Source: Raja brachyura
Lineage: Eukaryota
Direction of reading: 5' to 3'
NCBI GenBank assembly: GCA_963514005.1
Contig: OY740793.1
Location: 57,226,001-57,290,000, forward strand
Length of the DNA: 64,000 nucleotides
Position numbers and translations under genes: made by a program. Numbering within the stretch: the first letter of the stretch is position 1; each line of letters begins with the position of its first letter. Below the pieces are notes generated by a model. That model did no database searches, was not told the DNA's origin, and saw only the letters and a list, made by a program, of their open reading frames with translations. Of this stretch, positions 26,801 to 38,966 are shown in pieces.

Positions 26801-28611
26801 AAAAAAGGACTCTGCACTGCAAGCACTGATTGGGAACATGTTGCCTCCTGTATTCTGAAGTTGGGAATATTTCCTGACCCATTTCATTCTGTCTTACAAC
26901 TAAACCACGCCCAATCAAGAGAAACTGGGGTAGTAAATGTAAGGGTCTTGGAAGTGCACACTAAAATAGCATTACATATTGGATCTATGCCAATTTCATG
27001 CAGGGTAGCGAGGGAGTGATTATCTTGCACATGTGACATGCAAGAGGCTATCGACGTAAGCAGCACATTTCACACAGCTTCAGGGTAATTACATGTAAGG
27101 TGCAAAAACTGAAAACCACAAATTGCTCACATGGCAAGAGCAATTACAGCGGCAGCTCCCAACATGAACCTTTCTTGAGGGTTTTGGGCCTCAGTTGGGA
27201 TATCCAAACCAGTAGTGGTGGGTTAGAGTTAGGGACCCATGTTTTCAGGTATTTTACTGGTTGGTGCCCAAGCACCACAACAATGCCATCATCCCACCCC
27301 CTCAACTCTCCCAAAAGAAGGAGGCCTTTGCTGAAACATTTGGTCCAATGTTAAGGATTTGATAGCTGGCTTCTGCATTGGAACACTCAACTGCAATTTT
27401 TGTAGGGATGAAATTGTTACGTTCCACTCAATCGGGTTTTCATCCCAATATGACACTTGGCTTTTCCGGGCCAGGGCTTCCTTCAGTGTATGTAATGCTG
27501 CAAGCTTGTTGCAGGCAATTGGCACAAATTAACCCGTGAGCATATCACAAATAGGTGGTCCATTACTAATATGGAAATATAGATCATGATTTTCTGCTTC
27601 AAATCTATCCATAGCACATGAAAGTACAGCATATGATTACATTACTTAACCTATATACTTTCATCTTTTGAGTCCAAGTCTAAATGGTTGCACTGAAAGT
27701 CTATTCATGGTGCTAGCTGTAAGGACATTTGCAGGACCTTGACTAGTCTGAACCTAATTCCACGTGGAACTCCATAGCAATTGATAGCACTTGGTCCATT
27801 ATAGCAGACTTGCTTGTCAAGGTTGATGGTTATAAGTCGACTCATTTATGTAGAGTTGGAATGGTCCTCTGGGTGGACCTGGAGAAAGCAAATTTTATTC
27901 TATATTTAATCATGTTCCACCTAATCTGAAATGCATGATTTTAATAATAATTATAGGAAAAACTTCCTTTCTCCAACAATAATATCTCTCATCTGGAGTA
28001 ACATTAAATGAATGCCACAAATAGTTTTGACGGCTAATGCTACAAAATATTTAGAGCTATTTCTATTTAATAAGATTTATCTCACTCCTGCATAAAAGTA
28101 TGACCCCTTGAACCAAATCACTGAATTATGTGGCATTTCAATTTGCACTCTCCACACAATGATAGATGTCTGAACTTTCAAATGTATTTTCCAACTACGT
28201 GTGTTTTGACTGACTTGCATCTGAAGGGGGGGTTGGTTAAACCATAGTGTTATTGCACTTTTTTTTCACAAGTACAAGTAATTTCATGGGTAATGTAAAT
28301 GTGTTGAATTTAATCCACACAAATGAACCTCAGGACCCCAATATTAAAAGAGACCACTATACAATCACTGGTGAAAGTGATTGTTCAGATTCTAAAATGA
28401 ATGGCTGCACAGGACCAGGCAAAGAAAAAGACGAGAGCTCCAAGAAACAATTATAGCCAACGTTCTATGCATGTGTAAGAGACTGACAGCCATTCCTGTG
28501 CCCTGCAGCAGAAGATGGGCCAAAGTGATGGCACTCGTGCAATCTGCCGACCAATACATTGCATTGGGTCCATAGATCATGAATCTTGCCTCAGTATGAC
28601 ACTATTAGCGG

Positions 28612-28758
28612 TCATAGAGTCATAGTCATGGAGTGATACAATGTGTAAACAGGCCCACCCGGCCAACATGACCCAGCTATACTGTCTCACCTGCCTGCGC
28701 TTGGTCCATATCCCTCCAAACCTGTCCTGTCCATGTACCTGTCTAACTGTTTCTTAAC
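28612..28758 (-). mobile_element. CR1 3' tail
   Basis: On -: gttaagaaacagttagacaggtacatggacaggacaggtttggagggatatggaccaagcgcaggcagg; matches 30700-30870. Confidence 0.75.
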
Positions 28759-29798
28759 GTGTCATTCTCATCTGTCATTCCTAACGTGCCAGCTCCACAT
28801 GTCATTCCTATTGCCCCTGAGCCAGCAGTCCAGTCTACTTCCTACTTGTGGTGGGCTGGTGTAGATAGAAGCTGGCCCCAGTGCCGCACACAGACACGTT
28901 ATTGGCATATTCTCTACAGCAAAGATCCAACTATCCATCAACTGCATGCCCACGGTGGTTCTAACTATTTAGCAGTCATGGACCAAGCAAGAGTAGTTGA
29001 ATTTGGCCTGCAGGGTCTTCAGGAGAGGATGTTCATGTGGCACTGAGTGCATATACAAAACTGTTGTTTATGCTGAATTTCTGGTTCTTTTTGCAGAAGG
29101 AGTTACTGAGAGGGCTACCGACATGATGACTGTGTCCCTGTTGTGATTATGGTCTTTATTAATTAGCACTGGTTGACATTGTGTGTTGCAATGATATCAA
29201 TAGTATGGGTTTTGTTCACCAAGTATCTTGAGCAGCTTCTTTCAAGACTACTGAAGTATTTTGCTAAGGAAACAAGGACATTTGATGTCACTGGCTCAGC
29301 TCCCAAATTAGGGTTCAAGAGGAGTGTGAATACAGGAAATGAGGACCTTCCAGGGATCTAAACACCCAGCCTACAGCTGCCACAGTCTTTATATGTGGAG
29401 CAGGTTGAGGGTTTACCCTGATGATGGGCTGAAGGCTTTTCCTAGTTCCTAGAAACTAGGGAAAGTTAATAATACCAGAATCTCTGCTGCTATCATCTAG
29501 AATTATGTGGATCCTTGTTGGTGGTTTTGTCCCATTTCAGAGAGGCAAATAGAATGTTTCACTCCATCTGATTGGGGCTACTCTCACTGCAGCAAGTTCA
29601 CAGGTTTTGTCAACACTTTACATTTAGCAGATTTTCCAGCATCCTAGATTTAAGTCCCAGAGATGGAGTGACAGCTTTGCAAGATAAGCGGCTCACAGCA
29701 TCACTGATGTGTTGGCAGGCTCCGACATATTGGTGGGGTTTTTTAAGTTTATTGCCAGGTTGACATTACTCCATGATCAAAATTGATCTCTGCCATGT

Positions 29799-29931
29799 CT
29801 GAAGAAGGTCCTGACCCAAAATGTCGCCTATCCATTTTCTCCAGAGATGCTGCATGACCCGCTGAGTTACTCCAGCATTTTGTGTTTATCTTTAATATAA
29901 AACGAGCATCTGCAGTTCCTTTTTATTACAT
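29799..29931 (+). mobile_element. Penelope-derived terminal repeat with 16-bp TSD
   Basis: Starts at ctgaagaagg. Direct repeat ttga(t/c)ctctgccatgt at 29783-29798 and 29932-29947. Confidence 0.8.
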
Positions 29932-30564
29932 TTGACCTCTGCCATGTTTTCCAAGTAGGGAACGCACATACAACAGAGATTCAAGGCAAAGCATTAAGGT
30001 CATCCCACGATGGAGACATTCCCCATTGCTGATGTGATGACATTTGACACTTGAGATTCCAATCCATACAGTGGCAAGGTCTTGAAGCATTGATGGGTCA
30101 ACTCTCCATCGGAAGGGAGTTAAGGGTGTGGGATCCTGAGAGCAGCACATTGGTGCAGCTAGTAGACCTGTCATTGAAAACCTTAGTTGCCAGGTACATT
30201 GTTCCTTGGAGAACTGCATGCCACCCGGTAGGGTTTTGAGGGTCAGGCTCCCTAGCAATGTCCCGCTCACTGAGGTTCATTTGGCAAGTGGCTCTTGCCT
30301 ATGTGTATGTGGTCCTGATGCAGCTCCTGTGCAACCACTGCATATTATTCACAGGTAAATAGCTAGCTTGATCTCAGCATTCACCCTGACTCTGAGCTGC
30401 AGTGTTCTGCGCCTCAGTTATGTATTCATCATATAAGGAAATCTAGGCGTTTAGAGTTCACACAGGATAATGGCACCGAGGAAAAAGATCAGTCACTCTT
30501 CTAAGAAGGCACAAGGGGGAGGTGCTATCCTCCTGTTTCTATTGCTGGCATCCCTACACAATCT

Positions 30565-30872
30565 CCAGAGGACATGGGTTTAAGGTGAAGGGAAAAAGAT
30601 TTACTAGGAATTTAATAGGAATCTGAGGGGTAGCTTTTTCACACAAAGGGTGATGGGTGTATGGAATGAGGTGCTGAAGAATGTAGGGTCTATCGCAACA
30701 TTTAAGAAACAATTAGACAGGTACATGGATAGGACAGGTTTATAGGGATATAGGCTGAACGCAAGCAGGTGGGACTCATGTAGATGGAACATGTTGGCCG
30801 ATGTGGGGAAAGTCGGGACGATGGTCCTACTTCCACACTGTACGACTCCATGACTCTATGCTTCTATGACTC
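30565..30872 (+). mobile_element. CR1 3' fragment
   Basis: agaggacatgggtttaaggtgaagg...tttttcacacaaagggtg...(atgactct)n tail. Confidence 0.8.
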
Positions 30873-33859
30873 CAACAAACCTGTAAAAAGTTGATGATTC
30901 CTTTACACAGTGTTGGTTCAAGGCACCACCCTGCTATTCAGATCTACCTTTCAAAGCAGTGTTAATAACAAATCTGTAAATTAATTTCACAGGTGAGCCT
31001 CCATCTAAGACTTGCACTGGCATCAACATCAATTTTACTTGATAGTTATGCGACATGTGTGGGCGTGTCATGTTCACTGAAGTGCGTGGACAAAGTTTTC
31101 ACTATGCATAATGTGATCTATTAGTGTCCACTCACATTTCACAATTTTGCACGACAAATTCATCAAGCAGCAGTTTATACAAAACATGCACTGCACGACT
31201 GATCTTCTAAGGTTAAGTATCCACAGTGGGAAGGTACTATCCATCAAAGGCAGAGTTACATATTTCAGATGAAATGAACTAATGTTCTGAATTCACCAAT
31301 GTGGCTGACTAGATTCATGGTATTCAGTTTCATATGAAGACTTCAAAAATGCTACCAACACCATTGCAAATGGTCATCTGATAGGAGGGTGTCGTCATCA
31401 ACCAGTTGTTATTGATCTCAGAGAACATAATCCATTCTCCCTCTCCCTCCCAGTAGAGAATGAGCAGCAACCTTCCTCAGACTGGGACTCAAAGGCGCAT
31501 TCCTTCTCTTGTTGCAATTAAAAGACTAGGCAGTTGAACTGAACATATATTTGATAATTAATTCAGTTTGGGGTAAACCTTTGATATTTATTGACCAGTC
31601 TGTTTTAAGCCAACACATAAAATACTGCAGATGAAGATTTATGGTGTTTGTAAATAGTTCAATTTTTAACTTAATCACTTGTGATAAATCTACACAGGTA
31701 AATATGTTGCTAAACTGCAATCTGCAATGTACACAGACATTTAAGACAAATGGTTTGATTGAAAAAGCTGTATATTCAATGAGTAAGACACACATGATTA
31801 AATCTCAAACTGCTGTAACAGTGCTAGAACGTTGAAAAAGCGCTTTTTGTGCAAATAATAAATGATGATGTGTTTTATTTTAAATGAACCCCAGGCGATA
31901 TCAATGTAGAGATCTCTATATTTCACACTTCAATCAGTGATTGATCTATTTGCAGCTTTTGTTTCTAGACTTCAGTGTGAATGAACATTACATAATAGGT
32001 TTAGTGATCAGAACGCAACCATGAAATATTTCTTCTTCAAAGTCTTTGCTAAATAAATAGTACGTTTACCACTGGGTCTCCCACATTTCAGGAGTTTATG
32101 AAGTTTAATTTGGTTAGTATAACAACGTGGTTCCTTACCGCATCTCATGCAGAGAAATGCCTCAAAGTATTTCACTGAAAGTGGGAAAGAATGCACATGT
32201 ACGAAAAGCAGCAATCAGGCTCAGGAGGGCAATGACAGTATCGAAAATAACTATCTTGCAAAGGCTGTTGAATGCAATGTGTGAGGTGACAGGGTGGAGT
32301 TTTGGAAGGAAGCATACAATGGCCAACTGAGAGTACAAATGAGGGAAACGGTAAGCAAACTTAAATTCTATTAATAGTTCCCCAGGTAACAAAGCAATCT
32401 GTTCTTGAAACGATATTCAGACTTGGGCTGATAAGTGGAAATAATATTCCAGCTACAGAGATGCCAGACGATGGCCATCTATCCAATGTCCTGGATATTC
32501 AACATCAGAACTCCCTAAAGTGCTCTGTGTTAATTGGAATAAGTCCTGGAATGGAGCAGCATTTTTAATGGTCTTGTGTACCAAACAAATTGATACATGT
32601 GTTGCCAACCAGAAATCATGGGTGAACCGCCAGGTTTACTCCCAGACGAAGTCCAAGTCTGCAGATTTCAAGTCAAACAATCAATCTATCTAAGACCTTC
32701 ACAGAGCCATTAAGCATTCCAAGATGGAATTCTGGGTCAACCTGAAGGCAATGACACGGATAACCATAGATTGTGGCAAGGCTTTCACGCTATAACAGGC
32801 AGTATTGCTGGCAACAGATGAACTCAATACATTTCTATGCCCATTTTGAGCATAAGGTCAGTGGAAGAATGTCATCCACTCTGCTAGTCTCAGTCTCAAC
32901 AGTTACCTTGGCATTTGTAAGATCGGCGTTCCTGAGAGCGAATCCATGGAAAGCAACTGGTCTGGATGGAGTCCCCGGGCTCATCCTCAGGGCCTTTTAA
33001 GGAACAGCCTGCAGAGGTATTCACAGACATCTTTAACATCTCAATACTCCATTCTGAGGGCCCCACCTGTTTAAAGAACACTACTATCATCCCAGTACCA
33101 AAAACAAGTAAAACGGTGTCTTAATGACTAAGATGTCAGAGCATTAAGACTTAATTTCTTAATGCTCTGGCATCCACGATCATGAAATGCTTTGAGAGAT
33201 TGATGATGGCATACATTACACCAGCCTTGATCCATTGCAGTTTGATTCCAGTCGCAACAGATCCACAACGGACACCATCTCCGTAGCCCCAAACTCCTCT
33301 CTGTAACACCTAGACAACTAGACAACCTAGAAAAGACAGCAAGGATTCCTACGATAGACTCCTATTTACTGATGATAGCTTTGCCTTCAACATCACAATC
33401 CCATCCAAACTCATCTTCAACCACCTGAACCAAGGAATCAGCCCTCCCCTCTGGCATTGGATCCTGGACTTTCTGACCCACAGACCATAAACTGTGAGGG
33501 TAGGTGACAACACCTCCTGTGCAATAATTGTCAACACTGGTGCCCTGCAAAAGATACATTCTCAGTCCTCTATTATGTTCCCTCTACACTGGACTGCCTG
33601 ACCAATTTCAGCTCTAACTCCATCTACAAGTTTGCTTGTGACACCTCTCTGGCCAGAATCATCAACAATTCTGCAGATGCACCATCAAAATTGCAGAGAG
33701 TTGTAGATGTAGGCCAGTCCATCACACAGACCAGACATCCCACCATTGACTCGATCTACAGTTCCACGCTGTCTCAGATAAGCCACCAACATAATCAAGG
33801 TCTTGTCCCACCCTTCTTCTCCCTAATCCTGTCTGGCAGAAAGTACATAAGCTTGAAAC

Positions 33860-34052
33860 TAGAAACATAGAAACAGAGAAAATAGGTGCAGAAGGAGGCC
33901 ATTCGGCCCTTCGAGCCAGCACCGCCATTCATTGCAATCTTTCCCAATCAATAACCCGCGCCTGCCTTCTCCCCATATCCCTTGATCCCCCCAGAGCTCT
34001 ATCTAACTCTCTCTTAAATCCATCCAGTGATTTGGCCTCCACTGCCCTCTGC
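33860..34052 (-). mobile_element. CR1 3' tail nested in Rex-like LINE
   Basis: tagaaacatagaaac...aataggtgcagaaggaggccattcggcccttcgagccagcaccgccattc. Confidence 0.8.
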
Positions 34053-34547
34053 GCTGAACTGCACCACCAGAATCAGAAACAGCTTCTTCCCCTCAGTTAT
34101 CTGGCTTCTGCACAGTCCCATTGTGGACAATGAACTTTTCTATGGAACTGATGCGATACAATACTGAGAACCGTATTGTGCATTCTGTGTCTTCCCCTTT
34201 GCTCTATCTATTGTACTTGAGTTTGACTTAATTGTATTTATATATAGTACTAGACTAAGTGTGACCCATTGGGTCCCAGCATCACACAGGAGGGCTGATC
34301 CCCCAACGCAATATTCCACCTCTCCACCAATTCCAATATTGGTGGCCAGTGGGGGGGGGGGGGGGCTTTCTGGAGCGCTAGTATGGGTGCTGTGGGCTGA
34401 AGGGACTCGTTTCCAGAGGGCTAGTATAGACATTGTAGGCTGAATGGATTCTTCGACTGGCGGCTCAGTCACTCAAGCTTGTTCTGGCAGCTCACTCACT
34501 CACGGCTGGTGGGCTGGGAGTTGACTCATGGCTATTCCTTGAAATTC

Positions 34548-34717
34548 CATTTCAAGCAGGGTGCAAGGCCACCAAATTCAAGTGCAGTTTCTTACCACTT
34601 CAAGCAGGGTGCAAGGCCACCAAATCCAAGTGCAGTTTCATACCACTTCAAGCAGGGTGCAAGGCCACCAAATTCAAGGGCAGTTTCATACCATTTCAAG
34701 CAGGGTGAAAGGCCACT
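34548..34717. repeat. 48-bp tandem repeat, ~3.5 copies
   Basis: Unit ttcaagcagggtgcaaggccaccaaattcaagtgcagtttcataccac. Confidence 0.95.
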
Positions 34718-35048
34718 AAAGACAGCGAGTCAAACCTCTCCCTCCTCCATCTTGCAGGAACTGACCCTCGTCCACACCTCTGGGTTTCATAGTAGTCCTT
34801 CCCCTCCTCCCACCAGAGGGGGCGTGGCCTTCATGGCATGATTGACAGGAGAGAGAATCTCAACATTTTTTACCCACTAATAATTCTTTTATTTTTCATC
34901 AATGGAAAAAATTCTCGGCACCTGATGAGCAGAGAGGGACTCTGAGTAAGATGGCCAAAAATCACAGTGATACGTGGTAGCGTTTTTTCTAAAATCAATT
35001 TAAAGCCCAACCAGGCAGTGGTCAAGATTAGACTTTTAATTATATAGA

Positions 35049-35245
35049 AGGCAAGGCAACTTTAATTAGGCAAGGCAACTTTAATTAGGCAAGGCAACTT
35101 TAATTAGGCAAGGCAAATTTAATTAGGCAACACAGCTTTAGCATTTCCAAACCAAAGGCAACACAGCTTTAGCATTTCCAAACCAAAGGCAACACAGCTT
35201 TAGCATTTCCAAACCAAATCAACACACTTCAGCATTTCCAAACTA
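35049..35245. repeat. Adjacent 19-bp (x4) and 31-bp (x3-4) tandem repeats
   Basis: Units aggcaaggcaactttaatt and aggcaacacagctttagcatttccaaaccaa. Confidence 0.95.
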
Positions 35246-35850
35246 TATTTTCAAACCACATTAAGGGCACTGACAGGTCAGTAAAACCACTCGCAGTTTA
35301 GTAGACATGCGTTCAGTGTTATTCACAGCTCAAAATGAGAGACATGACCCTCTCACTCCCCCATCTTGCAGAGACTGACTGAGGCGCTCAACACTTCCGG
35401 GTTTTATAGTTCCTCCAGAAGGGGCGTGGCCTTCAGGAGAGAGAATCTCAACATTTTTTAAACACTAATAACTTTTTTAATTTTCATCGATGGGAAAATT
35501 ATCTTGTCCTGCGCGGCGGAGGGGGACTCTGAATACGATGGCCAAAAATCACAGCCGTAAGTGGCAGCATTTTTCTAAAATCAATATACAGAACAACAGG
35601 AAGTGGTCAAGATCAGACTTTTATAGATTATCTGATCTGTTTGGAAAGCATGAAAAACAAATAATTGAATTGTACCTCAGTACAATAATTTAATTGTACC
35701 TCAGTATATGTGACAGTAAAAAACCTAAACATAAACTTAAACCTCAATAAAGTTTGCATAAAACAAATTATAAATAACATTGAAATGCTGTTGTTTGTAT
35801 ATTCCCTTAGTAGCCTGTACCAGTATCGAGATACAGTACATCCCCCAGAC

Positions 35851-36061
35851 ACTGTGGCACAGCGGTAGAGTTGCTGCGTTACAGCAAAATGCAGCACCAG
35901 AGACCCGGGTTCGATCCCGACTACGGGTGCTGTCTGGACGGAGTTTATACGTTCTCCCCATGATCGGCGTGGGTTTTCTCAGAGATCTTTGGTTTCCTCC
36001 CACACGCTAAAGACATACAGGTTTGTAGGTTAATTGGCTTGATAAAAATGTAAAATTGTCC
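35851..36061 (+). mobile_element. HE1-like V-SINE, 3' truncated
   Basis: A box tggcacagcgg (35855-35865), B box ggttcgatcc (35908-35917), V-domain ...ggcgtgggttttctc...ggtttcctcccaca. Confidence 0.82.
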
Positions 36062-36829
36062 AAGTTGGCGATATGCAGCGTACTGCCCTGCCGACTACAA
36101 AATTCAGAAGGTTCAGAAGGTTCACTGTGCTAGGGAATAGGCATTCACTTTATTGCACAATAATGGCAGTGCATCAATAGAGGGAGAAGGCTGAGAAGGG
36201 CGCTCCATGCAAGAACATAACAATTCTGGTAATCCCTTTGATGGAATTTACGTTCATGTCGTTGCAGAGGCAAAATACTTCCCAGGAAATATCCGTCAGC
36301 AAGATCAGCAGGGAAGCCAGGCTACATTTTCAAAGCTTCAGGTGAGTGCAACTTCAGAATTTTTGGGGCCTTTTGCTGCTGCATAATAATATTCCTTTTC
36401 ACTAACTAATTTGGAACATTTGTGCACTTTGACAGTTAGAACTGGTCTTTTCCAGAAAAGACTCCTCCAAAACCATAAAAATATGAAAATAATTAAAGTA
36501 AACCAATTTGAGAAGTTGAGCAGATGAAGAAAATATTGTTTGATCCTCTCTGATGTAGACTTCATATAAATGAAGTTAGTGACATACAAAAGGGCCCTCA
36601 ATGTCTGGAGATGCCAGTAGTGATGTAGATGGTATAGCAGATACTAGAAGCCTGGTACTCCTTCAGTTGGAGCAATGATGTGTGGCGTCTCAAGGGGACA
36701 ACCTCTAAATATTTCCAGTATTGGGTGATGAACCAATCTTGTCCTTGTAAATAGCTTTTCTATATTGTCAATTTCCATCTACTTTTCCAAAATTCAACCA
36801 CATTTCCAGTCTCATTGATTAATGAATAA

Positions 36830-36885
36830 CCTAATATAATATATAATATATAATATAATATAATATAACCTAATAAGTAATAATT
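36830..36885. repeat. AT-rich (TAATA)-like microsatellite
   Basis: ctaatataatatataatatataatataatatataataacc. Confidence 0.85.
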
Positions 36886-36934
36886 TAACAGGGTTTATAT
36901 TGCAGACATTGCACATTGCAGATTTCCAAGAGGA

Positions 36935-37140
36935 GAGAAAATGTGGCTGCAGATGTTGGAATCTTGAGCAAAAAACAACGTATTGGAGGAATTCAGCAGG
37001 CCAATTGGTATTAGCATCTATGGAGATAAAAGGCAGCATCTGTGGTGGGAAAAGGCAGCATCTGTATCCTCTTCTCTCCACAGATGGTGCCTGGCCTGCT
37101 GAGGTTCTCCAACACCTTGTATTTTGCTTGCAGTTTTCCA
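36935..37140. mobile_element. Old inverted Penelope-derived remnant
   Basis: ctgcagatgttggaatcttgagcaaaa...cagcatctgtgg / ccacagatggtgcctggcctgctgag...ccaacac. Confidence 0.55.
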
Positions 37141-38749
37141 ACATAGACTCATATTGCGTAATATTTTGTTTGAGAGCCGGCTTGACTGGGAACTGACCAG
37201 TAACAGCCAGAACGATAACTATGCAAACTTATGGACCGTCATAAATAAAAATTTTAAAACATCTAGGAACCATTTGATCTCTTCAGCCTGAATACATCCA
37301 AAACCTACAGCTATAAATTAGACAGGAATTATCGTATTGTCCAGGAAAGATGTTCCAATCAGCCAATGATATGGATTAAGGTCATCTGTTAATGTTTAGA
37401 TGATCTGGCACATTTAGTTCTTTGAATATGAAATTTATGATGCTGAAATGCAGCGTCAAGCTTTTTCATTGATCCCTTATGACCATTTTATGAATTGAAT
37501 CACAGTTATTGGGATAAATTCTGGAGTAAGGAATCCATACCATATCACTCAGTTTAAGTAATTCCACAGTTGCTTCCAATTCTCCCCACACGAAAATGCA
37601 TGTTATACATTTTAGGACCCCTCTTAGCTTAATTAAAACCATTCCGTTCATATAACGTAATCATTTCCATTTCCAAAAATAAATGCAATTTTGTTTCGAC
37701 CAAGAAAAAAGAAAAGTTTGGCAAAGCAGGGAGCAAATCTGAATCTGACACCACCTCCAAGCAATGTAGATGAAGGTGTTAGTTTGGCTTTGTGCTTGGG
37801 AAGACTGGCTAGTTAGTTATATGCATGTGTAATTGGTTAGTATTTAATTATTTAATATCACCTTTTCCATTTGATGTAGCATTTAGCTGGTCACCTTCCT
37901 CAAAAACAAAGACATGAAATTTCTAATTGTTTTTATTTGGTATAAATTCCAGCTCCAAACACTATCCCTATGCTTGTGGGATATTCTATTTGTCCATTAG
38001 CAAGTTAAATATTTAGATCCTGATATTACATTTCATTCTGGTTCAGTCTTGTTTGCAAATTCAGAATAATATAATCTGATGGTATTTTTCAATTTCCCTG
38101 TAAAAATGCTAAATGCATTTTAGTTATGTTTTGTCAATACAGCTAGTGCTGTTTGGTGGTTGTGTGCCTTGTTCAATGTTCAGAAACATTAACTAATTTC
38201 TACAGTGAATGTGAACACAAACCAAGAAAGACCATCAATTATAATATTAGCAAGTTATTCAGAGAAAATTGCTCGAAACAATCAAACCAAACAAAGCAAT
38301 CTTGGCTGAAGCTAAAAATTAAAATGACTTGAATGATATATCTGATTCATGTTAAGTGCACAAGAAATCCAGCTCTCTCACTCTTCCTGGACCCTCAATT
38401 GTCCGGAGTTAACGTATTGAAGTCTGGCTTTGAATGTTGCAAATACACAGATTTCAAGAAAGAAGAAAACTCCCATTAGGTGATGGTGGAAATGCTGTGT
38501 ACAATCAAATAAACTAAACATGCTAATTACAAAGGTACGGCTCTTAAAATTATTTGGCAAGTTGTGTGCATGTGCATATTCAAATATGCAAACTAGAGAA
38601 ATGTTATCCCCAGGCATGTAGCCAAAGGTTGACTGGAATGAGTCAAATGTTTCTTGTACTTAACATTGTACTGGACTGGGGTGAAGTGTGAGATGGAATT
38701 ATGGTTGATTAGCTAATATGTTCTCTGCAACAAACCAATGAGAAATAGG

Positions 38750-38966
38750 AGGAGATAGACACAAAAAGCTGGAGTAACTCAGCGGGACAGGCAGCATCTC
38801 TGGGGAGAATGAATGGGTGACGTTTCGGGTTGAGACCATTCTTCCGATGTCTCGACCCAAAACATCACCCATCCTTCTCTCTAGAGATGCTACCTGCCCC
38901 GCTCAGTTACTCCAGCTTTTTATGTCCATTTTTGTTTTAAACCAGCATCTGCAGTTACTTTCTACA
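38750..38966. mobile_element. Palindromic Penelope-derived insertion with 14-bp degenerate TSD
   Basis: Inverted arms around a central gagaccattcttccgatgtctcgaccc. TSD caatgagaaatagg (38736-38749) vs caatgagagatcgg (38967-38980). Confidence 0.82.

Larger units (their letters stand above)
34250..35627 (-). mobile_element. Non-autonomous Helitron with internal minisatellites and duplicated 5' region
   Basis: On -: A|TC start at 35627; 3' hairpin gggaccc-aat-gggtcac then acttagtCTAG|T at 34250. Inserted between A and T with no TSD; removal restores tatagta|ttatctgatctg of the host LINE tail. Confidence 0.82.
32580..35740 (+). mobile_element. Decayed Rex/Babar-like LINE (RT region to 3' tail), interrupted by CR1 (33860-34052) and a Helitron (34250-35627)
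   Basis: Frameshifted RT motifs [73 protein letters not shown]; C-terminal RNSFFPSVI. The tail resumes after the Helitron. Confidence 0.8.

Noticed and set aside
28760-30500. Possible ancient LINE fragments flanking the 29799 insertion
   Set aside because: Too degraded to support a family call by eye.
34479-34841. ORF with 16-aa repeats / CRISPR-like periodicity
   Set aside because: A head-to-tail 48-bp minisatellite without unique spacers, inside a Helitron in vertebrate DNA.
35851-35925. tRNA gene
   Set aside because: The A/B boxes belong to a SINE head followed by the V-domain; there is no complete cloverleaf.
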